A DNA stretch of 64,000 bases, taken from the NCBI GenBank assembly GCA_002269645.1, contig NIVC01000137.1, forward strand, positions 627,688 through 691,687, given 5' to 3'. This document shows, in pieces, positions 29,935 to 41,078 of this stretch. The position numbers were made by a program, and so were the translations under genes. Source of the DNA: Macrostomum lignano (Eukaryota). The notes beneath the pieces were generated by a model. The model was given only the letters and a program-made list of their open reading frames with translations, searched no databases and was not told the origin of the DNA. The number at the start of each line of letters is the position of its first letter. Position 1 is the first letter of the stretch.

Positions 29935-31512
29935 AAACAATGGAGAATAAATGGAGAACAATGACGAAGGATTTTCATTGTCTTGCTTGCAGCATTGTCT
30001 CACCGTCACGGTTTAGCGAGCAGCGCAGAAAAAAAAAATTTTTTTTTCAAAAGTGGATTTTTGCGTGAGTGAAATGACTTTTTCGTCATGAAAAGTTTCT
30101 ATGTGGTAGCGATCTCTCTAGCCCGTACTATGAACAGCAGTACCACAGTCTAATATGATTGTGCATCTTATCCTTCTAAGCTTTGGCCATAAGAAAGTCT
30201 TCTAATTGGCTCAGCACTATGCTGACAAAGGGCCGACTGCTTGCGCACGTGGTCCGCAAAAATTCAGTAAAGAGTAGGGAAGCAAGCGGAAAGCAAAAGA
30301 GGAGGATAAAACCTTGATCGTGCGCCAAACAGTAAGTTGAAAAAGATGAAGTACACAACAACATTTTGCTCAAAAGAAGAGTTTGCACACGATTTTCGAG
30401 TGATGCACTTTTTATGGAGGTGCAGATTAAATGCGGCGACGACGTAAAAAATGCACTGGACAAGCAGCATTGCCAAAAGTCCATTTCAGTCCATCTCAGC
30501 CAGAAGCCAACAGAAAATACTATACTTACCTTCTACTCGTTTGTAGGCAAACTCACATGGCATGGTTGCCATGAACTCTTCTTCTAAACTTTGAGATCCA
30601 TGATAACTCTTGACTAACTGAGTTCCAAACACTTCAGCTCAATAGAAAAACGCTTCCAAAACTTTGTTACACAGTCAAAAAGTCATTTCGAGTCAATACA
30701 GTTACTCCAGCACTAAACACGGCTCTGTAGCGGAGTTACAAGCCAAAGCTGCTAATTCTGTTTAAAAAATTCTCTCATGCTATTTGTCAGATCGAAAAGC
30801 TGGCAGATCAAGTTCGTATCTCAGTTACTAAGCAGCCAACTAACTAATGCTCGAAAACTTATTTGGGACGACTGCGGATTGCTGAGCCAGCAGTTCAACT
30901 TTTTTCCTCGCTTTTTTTCATACGCAATGCATTTTTACGATCGGCTTATCCCGGAAAGATTCCAAGTCTATAGAGAGGTTTTCCAATAAATTAGAAAGCG
31001 CATTCTTCCGTGATCCCAACAACTTACTTGTCGCTAAAATCGTCTTCAGAAATGTTTGAATAGTCAGGAGCCCAACAGACGGAAAATTTCCCCTGGGAGA
31101 GTTCAAGTCCCTGTCAGCTGGTTACTCCCAGCAGCCCAAAGCAGGATGCTATATTTTCTACAAAAGTGACTCAGTTTCAAATTTTGATGGGATTTTTCTC
31201 TAACCTTGGTTGGTGCCCATGCTGAATTTAACTGCATGAATGAAGTCTTCATGCCTATAGCTGGAGTTAAAGCTCATAACTCATGCAAAAATAGCGATAG
31301 ACAAACCATGCAGGAGTGTATACCATTCTCAGTGTTTTCGACCAATGAGGGAGAAAGCCGTAAGTCATTACTAAATTCAGACTTTAAATTTTCGTCAAAA
31401 ATGTGAAATGCAGGATGCAAATAAGAAAGAGCGCATCTGACCAGGTCTTGGCAAAACCTGAAAATTTTACAACCATATTGACTGTATTACACTTTTGAAA
31501 ATTTTAGCAGAT

Positions 31513-32262
31513 ATGAATTACGGCTCGTATAAGTTTGTTTTTCTGAACACATTTACCAACCAGCTGCTGTCAGCCCTGGCCCAGCTGTGCCCCTCGCCGT
31601 TCAGCCTTGAGGCCGGGAAGTGCATATTCGTGAACAAGGTGAACAGCATCAATTGGTGCGAGGCCAACCGGCAGTGCGCCATGATCGGAGGCGAGCTGCT
31701 CAACTCGTACAGCTCTCTGCAGCTGCTCAGCAGCATGCCGAGTTTCGCCAGCTGTAGCTGCCGAATTTGGTTTGGAGTGACCGACTTGGCTGACGAGAGG
31801 TCTTCGAGCAAATCGGGCTGGCAGTTGGTCAACGGCAACGGCGAAATGCCGCTAAACAACTCACTGTGGGGTGTTTCACATGAGCCAAACGGAGGCACGG
31901 AGGAAAACTGCCTAATACATTGGTCGTATGGAAAAATCGGAAATCACTTTTGCTCTCGTTCACTTGGATACGCTTGCGAGTGGACTCCGAGTGCCGCTCA
32001 GCCATTGCCAAAGTCTGCCTCGTGGAAGCGAACTCCGTTCAAGCGGACCAGCTACCATGCCAGCTCTGAGTACTGCTACTCTGACCTGCTGCAGGTTGAT
32101 AACGCAATGAACTGTGCAGCGGCTGCCATGAGATCGGGCAGCTGCAGACACGTGCTGTACAACAGCAAGCTGAGAGCCTGCCGCCTGCTGCTGTTCACCG
32201 ACGCTCAGGTGGAGGAGGAGATCGAGACGAGCGTCGACTGGGTCAAGTTCAGCGTGTACTGA
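31513..32262 (+). CDS. C-type lectin + PAN-like, copy 4 (249 aa from ATG 31513; weak signal peptide)
   Basis: Paralog with EPN. The N-terminus MNYGSYKFVFLNTFTNQLLSALAQ is only weakly hydrophobic; ttttagcAG lies just upstream of the ATG. Confidence 0.85.
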   Translation: MNYGSYKFVFLNTFTNQLLSALAQLCPSPFSLEAGKCIFVNKVNSINWCEANRQCAMIGGELLNSYSSLQLLSSMPSFASCSCRIWFGVTDLADERSSSKSGWQLVNGNGEMPLNNSLWGVSHEPNGGTEENCLIHWSYGKIGNHFCSRSLGYACEWTPSAAQPLPKSASWKRTPFKRTSYHASSEYCYSDLLQVDNAMNCAAAAMRSGSCRHVLYNSKLRACRLLLFTDAQVEEEIETSVDWVKFSVY

Positions 32263-33130
32263 GCTTTTCGAGACGCCACTGTTTTATCGGAAAGGAAATT
32301 TCGGCAAAGATCAATGCGCAGATGAGAAAGGAATTGCTTGCTAGTGAAATGCTACGCCCCCTGAGTTACAATCTGATTTTGCTTCTTCTAAGCGGACTCA
32401 GCGTTTTTGAGACGGAGTTTTTTATGCAAAGTGAATTGTGAACAGATTCTGTGGTAAAATTTTAAACTATCTATTCGAGCAAAAAAACGTTACTTTTTTC
32501 TGTATCTTCTGACGTATTCAGCAGCCTTAAAGGTGTGCGCTTTAAAAGGCTTATATCATTTTTCCTAATTATCGTTATAAAGCGTCTCTCCAATTGGTAT
32601 ATTGTCTCGAAATTTCAATATTTATATATTTTTTCGAACTTATGAACTCTGTATTTTTCTATGTTTATGCACCGATTCGAGATATACGCTCGTACGCAAT
32701 TGACAATTTTAATCAATGCAAGAGCTATTCACAATTAATTTCTATCTGTCGCTTTTCTAGCTTGAAATCTTCTTACTTCGTTGCGTAGTAACGAGCTATA
32801 GTTTCCTGAGCGATTTTTCCTTTATAGGATAGGAGTGCGAGTAAACTTTCGGACGGTCATCCCTTGCTAGCTTATTACGGGTTCTTTTAATATTACTATT
32901 ACTACTACTAATACTTTTATTATTACTATTGCTACTATTACTATTTCTGTTATGACGTGTGCACTTGGAATATCATAGAATAGAATAGAGTAATTTGTTC
33001 GAGAAAGTTGTCCTCTTATTTTGCTTTGTTTACTTTACGAGCTTTACCACTAGCGCTTATGGTTATATCTCCTCTGGAATTGAGTAGGTGATTTAGCGGT
33101 TATGAAGTTTCGCCTTTGTAAAAGCAACCC

Positions 33131-33682
33131 GTGACCGGTAGAGTGACCGGTAGGGTGACCAGTAGGATGACCGGTAGGGTCACCGGTAGGGTGACCAGTA
33201 GGATGACCGGTAGGGTCACCGGTAGGGTTGACCGGTAGGGTCACCGGTAGGGTCACCGGTAGGGTCACCGGTAGGGTCACCGGTAGGGTCACCGGTAGGG
33301 TCACCGGTAGGGTCACCGGTAGGGTCACCGGTAGGGTCACCGGTAGGGTCACCGGTAGGGTCACCGGTAGGGTCACCAGTAGGGTCACCAGTAGGGTCAC
33401 CGGTAGGGTCACCGGTAGGGTCACCGGTAGGGTCACCGGTAGGGTCACCGGTAGGGTCACCGGTAGGGTCACCGGTAGGGTCACCGGTAGGGTCACCGGT
33501 CGGGTCACCGGTAGGGTCACCGGTAGGGTCACCGGTAGGGTCACCGGTCGGGTCACCGGTCGGGTCACCGGTAGGGTCACCGGTAGGGTCACCGGTCGGG
33601 TCACCGGTCGGGTCACCGGTAGGGTCACCGGTAGGGTCACCGGTCGGGTCACCGGTAGGGTCACCGGTAGGGTCACCGGTAG
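33131..33682. repeat. 12-bp minisatellite (ggtagggtcacc), about 45 units
   Basis: Visible directly. Confidence 0.97.
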
Positions 33683-35718
33683 GTGTTCGACATTTTCAAC
33701 TCGAGGTGAGCCGGTATATTAAACCTAAATAGCATAAAGACGCGCAATCATGGCTTTTAAATTTGCATCCGTTTTTTGCAGGACTCCGTCGGCGTCAGAC
33801 TGGAAAGGTCCCATTTGGAAGTCGCAAGCAAACCTTTCGACCAAATTCGCGTTTCTCGATGAGGCGCGCGACTAGATTCGCCTTGAGGAAGATTCCTTGG
33901 GGAGATTCGTCACAGAGGTGGTTTTAATGAAAATCCGAACGTTCAGCAGTTCAGGTACGCTTATCGGTCGATGTTGGCGCACAGGACTGGATCTCACCTC
34001 CGCCTGGACTCTCCACCTCTGCTTCTGGCAGTGTACAAGATGAAATCGAGTATCCACCGCAACTGGCACTCAGCCTTATTAGCCAGAAAGGACATCAGTT
34101 GAAATTCTAAGCTGCATCTGCTTTTTAATTTTATTTTTTGTATACATTCCCCTCTGGTAAACTTAACTTAGGCTTTCTGTGTAATGTAAATTCCCCTCTT
34201 TTAGACTGTCTGTAAGTGATCTAGTGCAAACGCTTTGTTTCCCAAAACATAAAAAGAGCTTTTTAAAATAAACATAGCAAGCCTTCTCTAACAGGCCTAA
34301 CTACCTGATTAGCTGACACTGCTATTAAATTGGTCTGGAATGTTTTGGCATTGTCGCAATTAAAAATTCGGCGAATTCACAAAGTCTTGTCTCGAACTTC
34401 ATTTAGCAAAAATATTTTACAATGACGAACGTAAACAGCGAAAATTTACTGCCTTATTCTTGCAGCAACCACCAAATCATTCGTTTAGCTCCCCTAAGTT
34501 TTAGTATCGTCAGCTGCATTCTCATTCCTTCTACAGACTAAAAGCCAATATGATTTTCGCTTTTAGCCATCGACGTTGAATTCGTGTCTTAGCTGCTTCT
34601 CTCAAAGCCTTGTAGAAGTCGGCTAGAAGCCGAGAAACAATGTTCAAAGTCTCCGCGACGGAGAACAATGACGAGGGAATTTCCTTGTCTTGCTTGCAGC
34701 ATTGTTTCACGGTTTAGCGCAGAAAAAAAGAAAAATTTCTTTGTCACGAATGTGGATTTTTGCGTGGGCGAAATGACTTCTTCGTCATGGAAAGTTTCTA
34801 TTGTGGGAGCTCTCTACTGTGAACAGCAGTTACAGTCTAATATGCTCGTGCATTTTTTCCTTCTCAGCTTTGGGCATAAGAAAGTGTACAAATTGGCTCA
34901 ACATGGTGATGACAGAGGGCTAGGTGCGTGGGCCCTAAAAATTCAGTAAAGAGTAGGGAAGGAAGCGGGCTCGGTTGAGAGGAATCAAGAAGGAAGAGGA
35001 AATCAAAAGAGGGGGATAAATCTTTGGTCATGCGCCAAGCAGCAGTAAGATGACAAAGATGAAGTACAGGACTAGATTTTGCTCACAAAATAAAGAGTTC
35101 GCTCGCGATCCGATCTATTCGATTAATTACAGCGACGCCGTAACAAATACACTGGAGAAGCGGCATTGCCTGCAGGTGAAAATATGACGTCCCTGTGGTT
35201 GTCACGCACTCTACTGGACTCTGAGATCCATGAATGGCTGTTTCTAGTCAATAGTTACTCCATCCAGTACTAAGCTCGTACATACGGCTCTATAGGAGAG
35301 TTATAAGTCTAATCTGCTTATTCTGTTAACAAAATTCTATCATGCTTGTGTTATTTGTCTGGTCGAACAACAGTTCACGGATCAAGTTTCTCTCTGTTAC
35401 TAATTATAAGCAGCCAACTAGCGAATGTTCGAATGTCGCTATTGCTCGGGCAATTGCTGCTTGCTGAGCCAGCATTCAACTCTTTTCTTCGCTTTTTTTA
35501 AATTCGCAATGCATTTTTACGATCGGCTTATGCCGGGAATATTCCAACTCTATAGAGAAGTTTTCCAAAAGGCGCATTCTACCGTGATACCAGCGACTTA
35601 CTTGTCGCTGAAGTCGTCTTCAGCAATGCTTGAATAGTCAGGAGCTCAGCAGATGGAAAATTTTCTCTGGGAGAGTTCAAGTCCCTGACAGCTGGTTGGT
35701 CCTAGCAGCCCAAAGCCC

Positions 35719-36102
35719 GGTGCTTCAACTGAGCTAAATGGAGGCACCGGTGAAAACTGCATAATACATTTGTCGCATGGAAAAATCGGAAACTACTTCT
35801 GTCCTCGCTCACTCGGATTTGCTTGCGAGTCGAAGCCGAGGACTTCTCAGACGCATCTGAATTTTGAACTGACTCCGTTCAAGCGGACCAGCTACCATGC
35901 CAGCACTGAGTACTGCTACTCTGACCTGACCAATGTTCACTCCGAGCTGGCTTGTGTCATGTCAGCTTTCAATTCCGGCAACTGCAGACACGTGCTGTAC
36001 AACAGCAAGCTGAGAGCCTGCCGCCTGCTGCTGTTCACCGACGCTCAGGTGGAGGCGGAGATCGAGACGAGCGCCGACTGGGTCAAGTTCAGCGTGTATT
36101 GA
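35719..36102 (+). pseudogene. 5'-truncated C-type lectin + PAN-like pseudogene (copy 5, copy-2-type sequence)
   Basis: Starts abruptly at GASTELNGGTGENC, fused to the upstream intergenic block (...cagcccaaagc). No signal peptide or N-terminal half. EPN has become ELN and CEW has become CES. Confidence 0.9.
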
Positions 36103-38685
36103 GATTTTTGATATGTTTTTTATTACAAAGTGAATTGTGAACAGATTCTGTGGTAAACATTTTAAACCACGTATTCGAGTAAAATTTAAATTGTCTGGTT
36201 CTTCTTACCTACTCAGTGTCCTCATCATTAAATTTCAAGACACGGTTATTCTCTCTCTAAGCGTCTCTCTAATTGGTGTATTGTCGCGAAAGTTTGATAG
36301 TGAATTTTTTTTTACTTTCTGTATTCTGTTACTTTTCTGTATCTCTTTCTGTACCGATTTGAGCAATGCGCAATCACAAATTTTATTCAATGCCAGATCT
36401 GATCATCACTAATTTGTTCTTCGTAGAAGTACTCGTAAAATTTCGAACGCTCATCGATCGATCGCCAGCTTTTTTCTGTTAATACTTGAGCGCTCGGAAT
36501 TTCGTACAAGGTGTGTTTTGCTCGAGGAATTTTTGTTCCCTTGTTTTGGTTTGCTACCCTCGCGAGCTTTGGCTGTCACAAGCGCATATGATTATCTCCT
36601 CTGGATTTGAGGCATGTATATTGACTTTCAAGTAATGCTCTATAACTGAGCACAGCTATTTATGACTTTTCCTATGCTATTTACTCTGAAAAAATACACT
36701 TCTAATTAGTGGAGTATATTTGCAATTGGTTATCGAATAAAATTCTTGATTACTGATTTGTGCTTGAGGCTGTTGGCGGAATGGAAAACTCTGTGACTAT
36801 CGACGCTCCATAGATTGAAATTGGAGAGACTGGGAAGTAACATTTGCTATATCTTATGTGTATGATTATGCAAATGCAACATTGAATGAACCTTTTCGGT
36901 TATGCTAAGTGACTGGAATGAATTCTGTATATTGAATCTACAAATTACTTTTAGAACTGTGTTCCCGAAGGTCTTGATGACTTGATGACTGATTTTCATT
37001 CATAGCTTACAAATTGTCGTAGCAAGGATGCTGAACTTCATTGTGGAACGGTATAGCGGGCCTTGACTGGTCAACTTCCTCAATGAGCAGCGTACGTTAC
37101 GCCTCAGCGATAAAATATATCCCTTAACTTGATATTTTAAAGAATTTTCGATAACAGAAGACAAAAAATAAAAAAATAGGCTGTCCAATAGGTTCTTTAG
37201 TTTTAATAAATAATTATAGCATTGTCACAGTGCACGTCCTTAAGACGAGTCCATTGTCCTTATAGTTTCTGACAATGAAAAACATCGCTTGGATGAAAAT
37301 AATATTTTCAAAGTAGACCCTTTTTAATAACAGCTTGAGGCTGACCCCCGACATAATTGTCTGACATACTCGATTATAAGTCCCGAAACAGGGAAAAAAC
37401 ACTTGAAAATTACCAACTTTTATCAATTAGAGTACCAAAGCCTCACTGAGAATACTTAAAATTCTTCTTGTAGTATATTTTTCTAGTATTTGACGTCATT
37501 TTCATTACATTTAGTTATTATCCTAGTTCTTTTTGCTTTTGTGCTGACTAGATTCCAACTAGCAGTCATTTATATTGTCATTATTTTAAACGTTTTTTTC
37601 AAGTGACAGACCAATTTAACATGAAAAAATCGATTAATACGTCGTTAGAGCAGCATGTGAGGCACAAAATAGTGTGATTAGAACTTTCTCTGACACTGTT
37701 AAGAGACCCAATCACTGTTTTAGTGTTGAAAATCGTGAAATTTCCTATCTCCGTAGTGTATTTTTTCCGGTGAAACCTGCCCTTAAAACTATTTCTGAAC
37801 GAAAAGCTTTATGAATATCGATAGAGCAATAAGAAAGGCACAACATATCAAAAGATGAACACTGGATCTGCCTCCTATCAAAAGCAATAACAATTTTTGT
37901 GCTGAAAAAATTAAAACCTCCTATCTCTGTAGTGTATTTTTCGGCGAAAAGTTGCCTTCAAAACATTTACCGTAGATTTCGAGTGTTGCGTCCTTCTACT
38001 TAAGTTGTCCTAGCTTTTGCTCTGCTTTTGCGGGCTAGCGAAAATGCGTTCAACTCCTTTTATCCTTTTTAGACATCTATCATCTAACTTATCTGACTTG
38101 GCAAAATTGTCTTTACTAAAGCAGACGAGTCTGGAAACTCCCGAAAGCAAGAGAAAGAAAGCCCCTGGTTCACGATGGAGAAAAACGCTTTGTCTTGCTT
38201 TCAACATTTGACTTTGAAGATTTGTTATGATGCTACTTTCGAAATTTGTGGAAGTAGCATCAGTAGCACATTAAAAACTTTAAACATCATAACTTATACA
38301 ATTTTATTAGGGTTCTTTCAACATTTTAATTGTATATATTTAGTACCGTTGTAATATTGAAGTCGAATCATATTCATCTCCAAGCGGAGAAATTCGTTGA
38401 AAAGTATTTTAAAGCAAATAAAACAAGATTTTACGATCCATTTAAATCGTAAATAGCATTTCTTTGATCTCCGAATTGCGACCGACAAAGCCCAAGATAA
38501 AGCGCACAGAAATGCTAAGCTATTTGCTTTCCTATAGATTATGGGGTAGGACTGAACTAAAAAATTGCATTTAAAACATAAAAAGTTTGTCAACAGACTT
38601 GAAGCAAATCTTTCCAAAAACAGTCCTCATGCAGTCTTCACAGCTAGTTTTCATTTTTTCCTTTTTCAACAATAAAATTCTCAGA

Positions 38686-38936
38686 CTAGCATTCTCTGGC
38701 TATCATTCTCTGGCTAGCATCATTCTCTGCATGGCTAGCATTCTCTGGCTAGCATCATTCTCTGCATGGCTAGCATTCTCTGGCTAGCATCATTCTCTGC
38801 ATGGCTAGCATTCTCTGGCTAGCATCATTCTCTGCATGGCTAGCACTCTCTGGCTAGCACTCTCTGGCTAGCACTCTCTGGCTAGCACTCTCTGACTAGC
38901 ACTCTCTGGCTAGCACTCTCTGGCTAGCACTCTCTG
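38686..38936. repeat. 14/15/21-bp compound minisatellite (ctagcattctctgg / ctagcatcattctctgcatgg / ctagcactctctgg)
   Basis: Visible directly. Confidence 0.95.
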
Positions 38937-39251
38937 TTCGACCAGATCTAAGTTTACAAAAAAGCGATACGAGCTATGCAAGTAGCTACTATATTAGCGA
39001 CACAAATTCAGATGTCAGTCAAACCAAATCAGACCACACCGCTAACTTCGAGTTAAACACATCACAGTCACTACAGGCGAGATAGTTATTCGAGTTTGAC
39101 AGCTCGACATGGGGAGGGGGGTTTCACGAAATCGAAATTTTTCACTACGTCGATGGCACCTTCCTTCACAAGCTCGAAATTTCTTTAGTAGCTTAATTTA
39201 AGTTTTCGACATTTCAAATTTTTACCTAGTGAAATAATTTGCTTTTCGATG

Positions 39252-39561
39252 TTGTGAAAGCTTGTGAAAGCTTGTGAAGGCTTATGAAAGCTTGTGAAAG
39301 CTTGTGAAGGCATATGAAAGCTTGTGAAAGCTTGTGAAGGCTTATGAAAGCTTGTGAAAGCTTGTGAAAGCTCGTGAAAGCTTGTGAAAGCTTGTGAAGG
39401 CTTATGAAAGCTTGTGAAAGCTTGTGAAAGCTCGTGAAAGCTTTTGAAAGCTTGTGAAAGCTTGTGAAAGCTTGTGAAGGCTTATGAAAGCTTGTGAAAG
39501 CTTGTGAAGGCTTGTGAAAGCTTGTGAAAGCTTGTGAAAGCTTGTGAAAGCTTGTGAAAGC
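39252..39561. repeat. 10-bp minisatellite (ttgtgaaagc)
   Basis: Visible directly. Confidence 0.97.
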
Positions 39562-39729
39562 ATCCCCTCGACATTCGATCATCTTGCGCCATTGGCCTCG
39601 CACCAGGCCAGGTAGAACTTCCCTCTTTTTCCTTTGCTTTTTGTTGAAATTATAACATTTTATGCCAAACGTGAAAAGTCTGAAAGTAAGCTTTATAATT
39701 ATACTTGTAACAAATGTTGGTAAGACTAT

Positions 39730-40046
39730 AGGGGCGTCATAATACACAATAGAGGGGCGCCATAATACACAATAGAGGGGCGCCATAATACACAATAGAG
39801 GGGCGCCATAATACACAATAGAGGGGCGTCATAATACACAATAGAGGGGCGCCATAATACACAATAGAGGGGCGCCATACCAGTAATACATAATAGAGGG
39901 GCGCCATAATACACAATTGAGGGGCACCATAATACACAATTGAGGGGCGCCATAATACACAATAGAGGGGCGCCATAATACACAATAGAGGGGCGCCATA
40001 ATACACAATAGAGGGGCGCCATAATACGCAACAGAGGGGCGCCATT
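39730..40046. repeat. 23-bp minisatellite (aggggcgccataatacacaatag), about 13 units
   Basis: Visible directly; followed by an 82-bp caggggcg...cgcccctg mini-element at 40088-40169. Confidence 0.95.
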
Positions 40047-40266
40047 CTGAGCAAATCGAGGGCGTGAGAACCTCTATTGGCTTTATTCAGGGGCGTCATC
40101 ACCGCCAGCCACAATGGGTCGGGGGGTGGGCGGCAGTCCCCCGCCCCCGCCGCCTAAATCCCGCCCCTGTGCAGCGTTGCTAAGATTTCAAATCCTAGCA
40201 GGTCTAATGAGAGTAGAGTTAAGACAATACCATCAAAAACCTTTTATAACAAAGCTCATACACACG

Positions 40267-40275
40267 TATAAAAAG
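40267..40275 (+). promoter_or_regulatory. TATA box candidate for lectin copy 6
   Basis: tataaaaag lies about 50 nt upstream of ATG 40317. Confidence 0.55.
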
Positions 40276-40316
40276 CCGACTGCGAATTAAAGATCTGGCT
40301 ACAGCCTGTGATTATT

Positions 40317-41078
40317 ATGCGTGGGCTTGTCATGGAGTCCAAGCCCCTCATGGTGTTCCTTCTCGCCTTTCTGGACAGCCAGCAGCAGCCAGCCCTGGCC
40401 CAGCTGTGCCCCTCGCCATTCAGCCTTGAAGCCGGAAAATGCATATTCGTGAACAAGGTGAGGAGCTTCAGCTGGTGCGAGGCCAACCGGCAGTGCGCCA
40501 TGATCGGAGGCGAGCTGCTCAACTCGTACAGCTCTCTGCAGCTGCTCAGCAGCATGCCCAGTTTCGCCTGCAGCAGCTGCCACATCTGGTTTGGAGTGAC
40601 CGACTTGGCTGACGAGAGATCTTCGAGCCGATCGGGCTGGCAGTTGGTCAACGGCAACGGCGTCATGCCGCTGAATGACTCACTGTGGGGTGCTTCAACT
40701 GAGCCAAACGGAGGAACCGGAGAAAACTGCGTACTGCATTTATCCTATGGAAAAATGGGAAATTTCTATTGTTCTCGCTCACTCGGATTCACTTGCGAGT
40801 GGACTCCGAGTGCCGCTCAGCCGCTGCCAACTGCTGCCTCGTGGAAGCTGACTCGGTTTAAGCAGACCAGCTACCACGCCAGCACTGAGTACTGCTACTC
40901 TGACCTGCAGCCGGTGGCCAACTCGCTGCAGTGCATGGCGGCTGCCATCAACTCAGGCAACTGCAGACACGTGCTGTACAACAGCAAGCTGAGAGCCTGC
41001 CGCCTGCTGCTGTTCACCGACGCTCAGGTGGAGGCGGAGATCGAGACGAGCGCCGACTGGGTCAAGTTTAGCGTGTAG
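40317..41078 (+). CDS. C-type lectin + PAN-like, copy 6 (253 aa from ATG 40317; a downstream in-frame ATG is possible)
   Basis: Paralog with EPN; N-terminal MRGLVMESKPLMVFLLAFLDSQQQPALAQ. Confidence 0.88.
   Translation: MRGLVMESKPLMVFLLAFLDSQQQPALAQLCPSPFSLEAGKCIFVNKVRSFSWCEANRQCAMIGGELLNSYSSLQLLSSMPSFACSSCHIWFGVTDLADERSSSRSGWQLVNGNGVMPLNDSLWGASTEPNGGTGENCVLHLSYGKMGNFYCSRSLGFTCEWTPSAAQPLPTAASWKLTRFKQTSYHASTEYCYSDLQPVANSLQCMAAAINSGNCRHVLYNSKLRACRLLLFTDAQVEAEIETSADWVKFSV

Noticed and set aside
37740-37945. Short direct repeat cctatctc(c/t)gtagtgtattttt at about 37744 and 37919
   Set aside because: Only two ~25-bp copies with no TIR or TSD found; too little to interpret.
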